From an uncultured bacterium (GTDB lineage Bacteria; Bdellovibrionota; Bacteriovoracia; Bacteriovoracales; CAZZBM01): a stretch of DNA of 64,000 bases. Under the pieces are notes generated by a model that made no database searches, was not told the origin of the DNA, and saw only the letters and a list, made by a program, of their open reading frames with translations. The DNA lies in the NCBI GenBank assembly GCA_964652255.1, contig CAZZBM010000001.1, positions 312,920 to 376,919 on the forward strand, read 5' to 3'. Positions 47,957 through 55,937 of this stretch are shown one piece after another; position 1 is the stretch's first letter; every line of letters begins with the position of its first letter. A program made the position numbers and the translations under genes.

Positions 47957-48265
47957 TTAAGGCAGAATGCTTCCGCACTTAACAGCTACTCTTTGTTTTT
48001 TTCCCTCTGCATTGGTTTCAATCTTGACACGAGTTGCCTTATTTAATTTAGGACTTAACAAAGCAATGTTACTCTTGTGAATAGCAACAGATTTTTTAAT
48101 AAAACCACCTTCTGGAAACTTTTCATTTTTCTTTGTTGCCCTAGAAACAATATTAATACCTTCCACAAGAATTCTATCTCCCTCCAAAGAGAGCACAACT
48201 CCTGTTTGCCCCTTATCTTTTCCAGCAATGACAACAACTTTATCATTTTTTTTTATCTTGTTCAT
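47957..48265 (-). CDS. rplX: 50S ribosomal protein L24
   Basis: KOW motif (IKKNDKVVVIAGKDKGQTGVV). Lies between rplN and rplE. Confidence 0.96.
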   Translation of the reverse strand: MNKIKKNDKVVVIAGKDKGQTGVVLSLEGDRILVEGINIVSRATKKNEKFPEGGFIKKSVAIHKSNIALLSPKLNKATRVKIETNAEGKKQRVAVKCGSILP

Positions 48266-48637
48266 TTACAATACCTCACTAGCTAAGGAACAAATTTTTG
48301 TAAAATTTTTTGTTCTTAATTCTCTAGCTACTGGTCCAAAAATTCTTGTTCCAATAGGATCAGAACCAGCAGTTCCTAAAAGAACTACACTATTATCATC
48401 AAAAGTAATACTTGTTCCATCTTTTCTTAAGATTGGGTATTTCGTTCTTACAATAACAGCTTTTTTCACTTCACCCTTTTTTACTTTTCCACCAGGGATA
48501 GCATTCTTAATAGCGACAACAATGATATCTCCTAAGGAAGCTGAATATTTTTTAGATCCACCTAAAACTCGAATACAAGAAACTTCCTTGGCTCCAGAAT
48601 TGTCTGCCACATTTAACCTAGACTCTAATTGAATCAT
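48266..48637 (-). CDS. rplN: 50S ribosomal protein L14
   Basis: [19 protein letters not shown] is the canonical uL14 start. The ATG at 48637 overlaps the rpsQ stop. The track start at 48661 adds 8 spurious residues. Confidence 0.97.
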   Translation of the reverse strand: MIQLESRLNVADNSGAKEVSCIRVLGGSKKYSASLGDIIVVAIKNAIPGGKVKKGEVKKAVIVRTKYPILRKDGTSITFDDNSVVLLGTAGSDPIGTRIFGPVARELRTKNFTKICSLASEVL

Positions 48638-48879
48638 ATATTCCCCCCATAAACTTCCCATCGTTTTAAACGAGAATGAGGTTTACTTTCTATAATCGTA
48701 ACGATTTCACCTAAGGCTTTTTCTTTTCCCTCATAATGAACATGATACTTTTTAGAGGCTGTCATGATTTTTTCATAACGAGGATGATTAAATCGACGAT
48801 CCACTCTAACAACTAAGGTCTTAGCGGATTTATTATTCACCACTACTCCTTTTAAAATTTTTTTAGATTTATCACTCAT
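48634..48879 (-). CDS. rpsQ: 30S ribosomal protein S17
   Basis: uS17 pattern ([29 protein letters not shown]). Confidence 0.96.
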   Translation of the reverse strand: MSDKSKKILKGVVVNNKSAKTLVVRVDRRFNHPRYEKIMTASKKYHVHYEGKEKALGEIVTIIESKPHSRLKRWEVYGGNI

Positions 48880-49021
48880 TGTTTTTTTCCTGCTGCATTT
48901 TTTTTGCTATAGTTTTTTTCAATAATTTATACTCATGTATCTTAGGTACTTGTTTTAAAACTTTTAATTCAAGCCTCTTCTTTAAAAGAGATAACTTTAA
49001 TCCTTCAATTTCTTTCTTCAT
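48872..49021 (-). CDS. rpmC: 50S ribosomal protein L29, unusually short (49 aa; not in the ORF track)
   Basis: Hand translation gives [49 protein letters not shown]. It is a helical Lys/Leu pattern like uL29 and lies exactly between rplP and rpsQ. The TGA stop overlaps the rpsQ start by 8 nt. Confidence 0.75.
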   Translation of the reverse strand: MKKEIEGLKLSLLKKRLELKVLKQVPKIHEYKLLKKTIAKKMQQEKNNE

Positions 49022-49023
49022 TT

Positions 49024-49434
49024 TTAAGCCTCTTTACCCACAATCTTTGTTCTTAAAGGTAACTTGTATCCTGCTAACTTTAGCGCTTCCTTCGCCTGAT
49101 CTACACTAATACCACCCACTTCGAAAAGAATACGACCTGGACGAACCACTGCCACCCACAATTCTGGAGAACCCTTACCACTCCCCATTCTCACCTCAGC
49201 TGGTTTTCTTGTTAATGCTTTATGGGGAAATACTTTAATCCAAAGATTTCCTCCTTTTTTTGCATAACGAGAAATTACAATCCTAGCCGATTCAATTTGA
49301 CGATTAGTCAAAAAACCACAGGTTGTCGCTTGTAATCCAAACTCACCATAGGTAATTGTGTTACCTCGATGTGCTCGACCCTTCATTCTCCCTTTTTGGG
49401 GTTTTCTCCATTTAACTTTTTTTGGACTTAACAT
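49024..49434 (-). CDS. rplP: 50S ribosomal protein L16
   Basis: [19 protein letters not shown] is the start of uL16. Confidence 0.98.
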   Translation of the reverse strand: MLSPKKVKWRKPQKGRMKGRAHRGNTITYGEFGLQATTCGFLTNRQIESARIVISRYAKKGGNLWIKVFPHKALTRKPAEVRMGSGKGSPELWVAVVRPGRILFEVGGISVDQAKEALKLAGYKLPLRTKIVGKEA

Positions 49435-49446
49435 ACTTAACCCTTA

Positions 49447-50073
49447 TTATTTGTAAATATCACCTTTATAGACCCAGACCTTAATTCCAATGATTCCATA
49501 GGTTGTTAAAGCCTCAGCTGTACCATAATCTATATCAGCTCTGATGGTGTGAAGAGGCACTTTCTTTTCTGAATATCCTTCAACTCTTGCCATCTCAGCT
49601 CCACCTAAACGACCTGAACACTTAATTTTTATTCCCTTCACTCCTGATCTAAAAGCTAAGGTCATTACTTTTTTCATAGCTCTTCTAAAAGCCACTCTTT
49701 TTTCTAACTGCTGAGCAATATTTTCAGCAATAAGTTTTGCCTCTGCATCAGGACGTTTTACTTCAACTATATTTAAAACCAATTGAGATTTCACCATTTT
49801 AGAAAGATCTTCTTTAGCCTTATCAATACCAGCACCTTTCTTACCAATAGCAATACCAGGCTTTGCTGTATGAACAGTGACTTTTATTTGTTCAAGTGAT
49901 CTTTCAATATCAACTCTAGCCACAGCTGCATTTTTTAATTCTTTGTCTAAATAACGTCTAATTAAAAGATCTTCTTGCAATTTCTCTTTATAATCTTTTT
50001 GAGCGAACCAAACAGATTGCCAATCTTTAATATAACCTAATCTTAAACCATATGGATGTACTTTTTGTCCCAT
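49447..50073 (-). CDS. rpsC: 30S ribosomal protein S3
   Basis: [13 protein letters not shown] is the start of uS3, followed by KH domain patterns. Confidence 0.98.
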   Translation of the reverse strand: MGQKVHPYGLRLGYIKDWQSVWFAQKDYKEKLQEDLLIRRYLDKELKNAAVARVDIERSLEQIKVTVHTAKPGIAIGKKGAGIDKAKEDLSKMVKSQLVLNIVEVKRPDAEAKLIAENIAQQLEKRVAFRRAMKKVMTLAFRSGVKGIKIKCSGRLGGAEMARVEGYSEKKVPLHTIRADIDYGTAEALTTYGIIGIKVWVYKGDIYK

Positions 50074-50077
50074 GCTC

Positions 50078-50401
50078 TCACCCTATTACCATTGTTAAAT
50101 AACTAATTTTTTTCTTAATTCGATAAGCTCGACCCTGAGCCCTAGGCATCATTCTTTTTATCGTTGGACCCTGATTAGCATAAACTTGCTTAATAGAAAG
50201 ATCTTTTAAAACTAAATTTTTTCCTTCAGCTATAGCTAATCCACTCTTTAATAATTTTGTAAAAACAATGGCTAAATTTTTTTTAGGTAAAAAACGTAAA
50301 ATCTTTAAAGAATCTTCAACATTTTTTCCTCTTACTAAATCAGCCACAAGCCTTACTTTTCTTGCAGAAGAACGAATAGAATTATTTTTTACAGTAATCA
50401 T
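50078..50401 (-). CDS. rplV: 50S ribosomal protein L22
   Basis: uL22 pattern ([26 protein letters not shown]). Position in the S10 operon. Confidence 0.96.
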   Translation of the reverse strand: MITVKNNSIRSSARKVRLVADLVRGKNVEDSLKILRFLPKKNLAIVFTKLLKSGLAIAEGKNLVLKDLSIKQVYANQGPTIKRMMPRAQGRAYRIKKKISYLTMVIG

Positions 50402-50682
50402 TTTTTCTCCACCTTCTTAGCTCCACTATGACCATGAAAAGTTCTTGTTTGGGAAAATTCACCTAATTTATGGCCGACCATATTATCTGAAATGAACACA
50501 GGTATAAATTTTTTTCCATTATGGACAGCAAATGTTAACCCTATAAATTCAGGTAAAATCATTGAACGTCTCGACCATGTTTTAATAATTTTTGTTCCCT
50601 TCTCTTGCGTAGCTTTAGCTTTTTTCACTTGTCTTTGCAATGAAAGATCAACAAAAGGTCCTTTCTTTAATGATCTTGGCAT
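50398..50682 (-). CDS. rpsS: 30S ribosomal protein S19
   Basis: [12 protein letters not shown] ... [23 protein letters not shown] is the uS19 signature. Confidence 0.98.
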   Translation of the reverse strand: MPRSLKKGPFVDLSLQRQVKKAKATQEKGTKIIKTWSRRSMILPEFIGLTFAVHNGKKFIPVFISDNMVGHKLGEFSQTRTFHGHSGAKKVEKK

Positions 50683-50683
50683 A

Positions 50684-51520
50684 TTATTTTCCTCTCACAT
50701 GACGTGATGTCACTATTGTTTTTTGAGTTCTTTTATTTTTTCTTGTTCTATATCCTCTTGTTGGCTTCCCCCAAGGAGTCACTGGATGACGCCCACCAGA
50801 AGTTTTTCCTTCACCACCACCATGAGGATGATCAATTGGGTTCATCGCAACCCCTCTTACAGTAGGTCTAATACCTAACTTTCTAGAAATTCCAGCTTTT
50901 CCAAGAACTCTTTGTTCATGTTCTAAGTTACCAACTTGACCAATAGTAGCTTTACAGTTCTTGGATATCTTTTTTAATTCCCCTGAACTTAATCTCACTA
51001 AAACATAATTAAATTCTTTAGCCATAAGCTGAGCATAAGTTCCTGCACTTCTAGCCAATTGCCCACCTGCTCCTGGATAAAGCTCCACATTATGAATAAT
51101 AGTTCCTACTGGAATATTTTCTAAAGTTTTAGCATTTCCTGGCTTAATATCAGCTTCAGAAGAAGCAATGACTTCATCTCCAACCTTAAGTCCTAAAGGA
51201 GCTAAGATATAAGATTTCTCTCCATCTCTATATGAGAGAAGAGCAATTCTGCAAGTTCTATTTGGATCATACTCTATGGTTTGAACAAAAGCAGGAATAT
51301 TTTCTTTTGTTCTTTTAAAATCAATAATTCTGTATTTTTTCTTAACTCCACCACCATGATGTCTTGTTGTAATCACTCCATGATGGTTTCTTCCAGCTTG
51401 AGATTTTTTTGTCACTAGAAGCTTTTTAACTTGAGGTTTTCTAACATTAATTTCTTCACTTCTAACGACAGCACGTTTTCTTAAGGAAGGAGTTGTTGGT
51501 TTAAATTTTTTTATAGCCAT
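50684..51520 (-). CDS. rplB: 50S ribosomal protein L2
   Basis: [14 protein letters not shown] ... [13 protein letters not shown] is the uL2 signature. Confidence 0.98.
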   Translation of the reverse strand: MAIKKFKPTTPSLRKRAVVRSEEINVRKPQVKKLLVTKKSQAGRNHHGVITTRHHGGGVKKKYRIIDFKRTKENIPAFVQTIEYDPNRTCRIALLSYRDGEKSYILAPLGLKVGDEVIASSEADIKPGNAKTLENIPVGTIIHNVELYPGAGGQLARSAGTYAQLMAKEFNYVLVRLSSGELKKISKNCKATIGQVGNLEHEQRVLGKAGISRKLGIRPTVRGVAMNPIDHPHGGGEGKTSGGRHPVTPWGKPTRGYRTRKNKRTQKTIVTSRHVRGK

Positions 51521-51530
51521 AATTTTTTTC

Positions 51531-51821
51531 CTATATAGAAGGTCCTACTTGTAGACTTTGTCCTTCTTTCAACTGAACATAAACTTTTTTATAAGGAGTT
51601 TGCTGATAAACTTTATTTTGAACACGACGCTTTCTTTTTCCTGCATAGTTTAAACTTCTTACTTTTAAGACCTGTACATGATAAATAGATTCAATCAGGT
51701 CTTTAATCTGAGTTTTTGTTGCTTCAGGTTTCACTGAAAAAGTATAAGTATTATTTTTTTCTTGTAATAAAGATACTTTTTCTGTTGATAAAGGTTTTTC
51801 TATTAAATAATATTTTTTCAT
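51531..51821 (-). CDS. rplW: 50S ribosomal protein L23
   Basis: uL23 pattern ([21 protein letters not shown]). Position between rplD and rplB. Confidence 0.95.
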   Translation of the reverse strand: MKKYYLIEKPLSTEKVSLLQEKNNTYTFSVKPEATKTQIKDLIESIYHVQVLKVRSLNYAGKRKRRVQNKVYQQTPYKKVYVQLKEGQSLQVGPSI

Positions 51822-52426
51822 TCTAACCTACCCAAAATTTGTTCCAAAGCTTGTTTTTCAAAAATAAGAAAATCATATTTCAAAGCATCATAAACATTAA
51901 AACCTAAGCTCATCACTGGTTTAATTTTTAAAATATTTCTTAAAGCTCTGTGAGCTGTAATGTTTTCATTTAAAACAACAAAAGCTGATTCTATTTTTTT
52001 ACTTTGTAAAAAAGAAATCATTTCTTTTGTTTTTCCAGAAGATTCAATGGTGTCAAAAATCATTAACTTCTGATGTTCAATTTTATCTAACAACATAGTT
52101 TTAATGGCTTTTTTCATCACCTTTTTATTAACTTTTTGTTCAAAAGATCTTGGACTTGGACCAAAAACCACTCCTCCTCCAGGATTTAAAGGAGAACGAC
52201 TAGACCCCTGTCTAGCACGACCAGAACCTTTTTGCTTAAAAGGTTTTGCTCCTCCACCAGATACAAGAGCTTTATTTTTAACACTAGCACTGCCTTGTCT
52301 TTTTTTAGCTCTCAATGCTTCCATCACTTGATGAACAACAGCTGGACTATAATCTTTTTCCGTTAAAGCCAAAGAGATTTCACCAACAACTTTGTTTTGA
52401 TGACTAAGTACTTCTAACTTTTTCAT
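51818..52426 (-). CDS. rplD: 50S ribosomal protein L4
   Basis: uL4 motif (GGGAKPFKQKGSGRARQGS). Confidence 0.97.
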   Translation of the reverse strand: MKKLEVLSHQNKVVGEISLALTEKDYSPAVVHQVMEALRAKKRQGSASVKNKALVSGGGAKPFKQKGSGRARQGSSRSPLNPGGGVVFGPSPRSFEQKVNKKVMKKAIKTMLLDKIEHQKLMIFDTIESSGKTKEMISFLQSKKIESAFVVLNENITAHRALRNILKIKPVMSLGFNVYDALKYDFLIFEKQALEQILGRLE

Positions 52427-53085
52427 GCTTTTATCGCCTTCTTAATTTTCACAAAAGATTTTTTAGAACCAGGAATAGCTCCCTTCACTAAAATAAAACC
52501 TTCTTGAAAATTCATATCTACTAACTCAAGATTTTGAATAGTGACCTGCTCTCCACCCATTCTTCCTGGCATCTTTTTCTCTGGAAAAATTCTTGCCGGA
52601 GTTGCTCTATTTCCCACAGAACCAGGAGCTCTATGAAAACGAGAACCATGAGCTGCTGGACCACCAGAAAAATTATATCTTTTCATCACCCCTTGGAATC
52701 CTTTACCCTTAGAAATTCCAACAACATCTAAAAGATCCCCTTTTTTAAAGAAACCTAACGTTACTTGCTGTCCTAAAAAATCAGCCTGAGGTGTAAGAGA
52801 AACTTCAAAAGAACGAGCAAAAAATCGGTCTTCAATTCCAGCTTTTTTTTGATGCCCTCTTAAAGGTTTTGAAACATTTTTTTCTCTTTTTTCATAATAA
52901 GAAACTTGAACAGCTTCATAACCTTCTTTTTCTTTTGTTTTAACCTGTGAAACAAACTGAGGAATAATTTTTAATACAGTCACAGGAATTCTTCCTTGAT
53001 CATTAAAAATTTGAGTCATTCCCACTTTTTCTAGATAAACTTCAGGAAGTGCAACGCCTTCCTCTGTTTTTAATTTTTCTTCCAT
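52423..53085 (-). CDS. rplC: 50S ribosomal protein L3
   Basis: uL3 motifs (KVGMTQIF, SKGKGFQGVMKRYNFSGGPAAHGS). Confidence 0.97.
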   Translation of the reverse strand: MEEKLKTEEGVALPEVYLEKVGMTQIFNDQGRIPVTVLKIIPQFVSQVKTKEKEGYEAVQVSYYEKREKNVSKPLRGHQKKAGIEDRFFARSFEVSLTPQADFLGQQVTLGFFKKGDLLDVVGISKGKGFQGVMKRYNFSGGPAAHGSRFHRAPGSVGNRATPARIFPEKKMPGRMGGEQVTIQNLELVDMNFQEGFILVKGAIPGSKKSFVKIKKAIKA

Positions 53086-53109
53086 CTTTATGATTCCTCC
53101 ACAGCATCA

Positions 53110-53129
53110 CCTCTCTTATGAAAGAGAGG
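53110..53129 (-). other. 8-bp stem / 4-nt loop hairpin in the rpsJ-rplC intergenic spacer
   Basis: cctctctt-atga-aagagagg (palindromic on both strands). It lies 19-38 nt after the rpsJ stop and just upstream of the rplC GGAGG RBS. No U-run follows, so it is not a classical terminator. Confidence 0.35.
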
Positions 53130-53147
53130 ATGCGTTCATGGTTTTTT

Positions 53148-53450
53148 TTAATACTTTATTTGCACATCTACACCAGAAGACAATTCTAACTTCATTAAGC
53201 TATCAATAGTCTGCTGAGTAGGCTCCACAATATCAACAATACGAACGTGAGTTCTCATCTCAAATTGCTCTCGAGACTTCTTATTAATATGAGGAGATCT
53301 TAAAACTGTATACCTATTAATTTTCGTAGGAAAAGGAATAGGTCCTAAAATTCTTGCTCCTGTGTTTTTTGCTGTTTGAACAATATCTTCCACAGAACGA
53401 TCAAGAATTTTATGATCATAAGCTTTAAGTTTAATACGTAACTTATTCAT
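53148..53450 (-). CDS. rpsJ: 30S ribosomal protein S10
   Basis: uS10 pattern ([12 protein letters not shown]...GPIPFPT...[21 protein letters not shown]). Confidence 0.98.
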   Translation of the reverse strand: MNKLRIKLKAYDHKILDRSVEDIVQTAKNTGARILGPIPFPTKINRYTVLRSPHINKKSREQFEMRTHVRIVDIVEPTQQTIDSLMKLELSSGVDVQIKY

Positions 53451-53452
53451 TT

Positions 53453-54643
53453 TTATCCTATAATTTCACTGACTGTTCCAGCTCCGATTGTTCGACCACC
53501 TTCACGTATAGCAAATCTTAATCCTTTTTCCATAGCTACTGGTGCGATTAACTCTACTTCTATTGAAGTATTGTCTCCTGGCATGACCATTTCAACACCT
53601 TGAGCTAATTTCACTGCTCCAGTTACATCTGTTGTTCTAAAGTAAAACTGAGGTCTGTAACCTGGTAGTATAGCTGTATGCCTTCCACCTTCTTCTTTTG
53701 TCAAGATGTAAACCTCTGCTTTAAACTTTGTGTGAGGCTTTACAGATCCAGGTTTAATTAAACATTGTCCTCTTTCTACTTCTTCTCTTTTAGTGCCTCT
53801 TAGTAAGAGACCAGCATTATCCCCTGCCTGACCTTCATCAAGAAGCTTTCTAAACATTTCAATTCCAGTAATAGTTGTTGTCTGAGTTGGCTTAATCCCA
53901 ACAATTTCAACAGTATCACCGACTTTAATTATTCCTCTTTCAATTCTTCCAGTAACAACTGTTCCTCTCCCTGAGATAGTGAAAACATCTTCAACTGGCA
54001 TTAAGAAGTCCTTATCTACTGCTCTTACTGGAGTTTCAATATAGGAATCTACTGCTTCCATCAATTTAACAATAGCTTCTTTTCCAATAGCAGGATCTCT
54101 TCCTTCTACAGCAGCTAGAGCTGATCCTCTAATAAAAGGAATATCATTTCCTGGAAAGTTATAAGAAGTTAATAAATCTCTTAATTCCATTTCAACTAAA
54201 TCAATAAGCTCTGGATCATCAACCTGATCTACTTTATTTAAAAATACAACAATTCTTGGAACGCCCACCTGTCTAGCAAGAAGGATATGTTCTCTTGTTT
54301 GAGGCATAGCACCATCTGTTGCAGAACAAACTAAAATAGCTCCATCCATTTGAGCCGCACCCGTAATCATGTTTTTTACATAATCAGCGTGACCCGGACA
54401 ATCTACGTGAGCATAATGCCTTTTTGCTGTTTGATATTCAACATGGGCTGTATTGATAGTAATACCTCTAGCTTTTTCTTCTGGAGCTGAATCAATATCA
54501 GCGTAAGACTTCTTTTCTCCACCATTAATTTCAGACATAATCATGGTAATAGCAGCTGTTAAAGTTGTTTTACCATGATCAACGTGACCAATGGTTCCGA
54601 TATTCACATGGGGTTTACTACGATCAAATTTTTCTTTAGACAT
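53453..54643 (-). CDS. tuf: Elongation factor Tu
   Basis: Near-invariant EF-Tu sequence ([36 protein letters not shown]). The rpsJ start lies 2 nt after the tuf stop. Confidence 0.99.
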   Translation of the reverse strand: MSKEKFDRSKPHVNIGTIGHVDHGKTTLTAAITMIMSEINGGEKKSYADIDSAPEEKARGITINTAHVEYQTAKRHYAHVDCPGHADYVKNMITGAAQMDGAILVCSATDGAMPQTREHILLARQVGVPRIVVFLNKVDQVDDPELIDLVEMELRDLLTSYNFPGNDIPFIRGSALAAVEGRDPAIGKEAIVKLMEAVDSYIETPVRAVDKDFLMPVEDVFTISGRGTVVTGRIERGIIKVGDTVEIVGIKPTQTTTITGIEMFRKLLDEGQAGDNAGLLLRGTKREEVERGQCLIKPGSVKPHTKFKAEVYILTKEEGGRHTAILPGYRPQFYFRTTDVTGAVKLAQGVEMVMPGDNTSIEVELIAPVAMEKGLRFAIREGGRTIGAGTVSEIIG

Positions 54644-54677
54644 TTTTTACTCCTCGTATAAAATTCAAACTTTGCCT

Positions 54678-54706
54678 AACTTAATGAAATTTTCTCCCTT
54701 CGTCAA
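54678..54706 (-). promoter_or_regulatory. Candidate sigma70-type promoter for tuf
   Basis: On the minus strand: TTGACG (54706-54701), a 17-nt spacer, then TAAGTT (54683-54678), about 35 nt upstream of the tuf ATG with an AGGAG RBS. By-eye prediction only. Confidence 0.3.
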
Positions 54707-54779
54707 TGATCTTTCTTAAATTCCCTAGGGTTTTTTCTTCATTTTTTCCATTTTTTTAAAAAAAAGTAGAATAAGACCT

Positions 54780-55499
54780 ATGTATTTATTTTTTATCTTA
54801 CTCCTGACCTGTTCTGATTCTAACAACTCTCTATCCATAACAGATGAATTCCCCATTTCTCTTTATCATTATAAAGATGATCTTTTAGCTCTTGATCAAT
54901 GTTCTGAAAACAGCAAAAAAGAACTTTATACTTTTCTAGTTTATCTTTTTCTTTATCAACAAAAATCTTCTTCAGATTCAAACTTTTTTCTCTTTCTTGA
55001 AGAGATTATTCTTGAACCTTTTCTTCAACATAAATCTTCTTTAAATTCACAAGAACTAGATCATTTTTTTTTCACTAGTGAACTAGATGAATTGTTAAAG
55101 TTACAAATTATTAAAAAAAAATGCTTACAAGATTTTATAAACACTCTCCCTTGGTTGAAAAAACTTTTTAAAAAAACTTATCAAACAAAATCTTTTGCTT
55201 GCCTGACTTTTGATCAAAAAAAATGTCTTCTATCCCCACAAGAAAGATCTCTCTTTTACAAAAAACAAAAACATTTATTTAAAAATAAAAACATCAATTC
55301 TTTTCAATTATTTCTCTTAGCAACACACAATTATCTCTTAAAACTAGGTTTGAATTCAGAAAAATATTTTAACTTTCTTAATATTGATTCTCTTCTTTTT
55401 AACAAATTAACAAAAAAGTGCCTAACAAAAACCATAAACAAAAAATTTATTAATCAAAAGCTAGATGAAGAATTAGAAGATTTTCTAAGAAATTTATAA
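54780..55499 (+). CDS. Hypothetical lipoprotein-like protein encoded antisense to the str operon
   Basis: 239-aa ORF. N-terminus MYLFFILLLTCSDSN carries a lipobox-like LLTC. Leu/Lys/Phe-rich and helical. No family recognised. Confidence 0.55.
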   Translation: MYLFFILLLTCSDSNNSLSITDEFPISLYHYKDDLLALDQCSENSKKELYTFLVYLFLYQQKSSSDSNFFLFLEEIILEPFLQHKSSLNSQELDHFFFTSELDELLKLQIIKKKCLQDFINTLPWLKKLFKKTYQTKSFACLTFDQKKCLLSPQERSLFYKKQKHLFKNKNINSFQLFLLATHNYLLKLGLNSEKYFNFLNIDSLLFNKLTKKCLTKTINKKFINQKLDEELEDFLRNL

Positions 55500-55548
55500 T
55501 TTTAACCTAAAAACTTTTATTTTTTAACAAATTACTATACTTTATTTT

Positions 55549-55937
55549 ATGTTTTTCTTTCTTCTTGCTGATTTTTTATCTGAAAAAAGACAGTTCTATC
55601 AACTGATTTTATTCCCTATATTACAAAAGAAAATTCAATCTACAAAGAATATTTTTTATTTCGTAAAAATTACTATTATAATAATCTTTCAGAACAAGAT
55701 TTATTTTATTTGTTTTGGCTAGTGAAAAACTATTCTATTTATTTAATAAACGAAAATTTCCCTATGATCCTTGAAAAGGATGATAGGGGATGAGAAGATG
55801 GTGAAGAAAAAAAATTTAAAGATTTCTTTAAAACATTATTTAATCAACAACAAGAATTTGCATTAGACACATCTTGTTTGAAAAAAATTTCTTATAAAGA
55901 ATTCATGAAATCTTATCATAAACTAAAAAAAAATTAA
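55549..55937 (+). pseudogene. Disrupted ORF (frameshift at an A7 tract plus one in-frame TGA)
   Basis: An ATG at 55549 opens frame 1 (MFFFLLADFLSEK..). Frame 3 is then open from 55584 to the TAA at 55935-55937 (118 codons), apart from a single TGA at 55791-55793. The frame switch coincides with gaaaaaaga (55582-55590). Confidence 0.4.

Noticed and set aside
47721-52731. Track ORFs inside the ribosomal protein cluster: 47721-47921, 48055-48246, 48077-48286, 48228-48632, 48879-49109, 50492-50707, 52104-52331, 52534-52731.
   Set aside because: They are antisense or out of frame relative to universally conserved ribosomal protein genes that fully account for the sequence. The real small genes in these gaps (rpmC, rpmD, rpmJ) are on the minus strand.
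54723-54730. ccctaggg palindrome followed by a T-run upstream of ORF 54780, considered as a terminator.
   Set aside because: An 8-nt perfect palindrome leaves no loop and cannot form a stable hairpin. It is more likely coincidental or a protein or restriction-type site.
55791-55793. In-frame TGA in the disrupted ORF as evidence for TGA = Trp (genetic code 4) or selenocysteine.
   Set aside because: Conserved genes here terminate with TGA at the expected length (for example rpmC and rpsQ, plus the ATGA overlap junctions at dnaG/rpoD, trkA and rplQ). They encode Trp with TGG. No SECIS-like hairpin follows the TGA.
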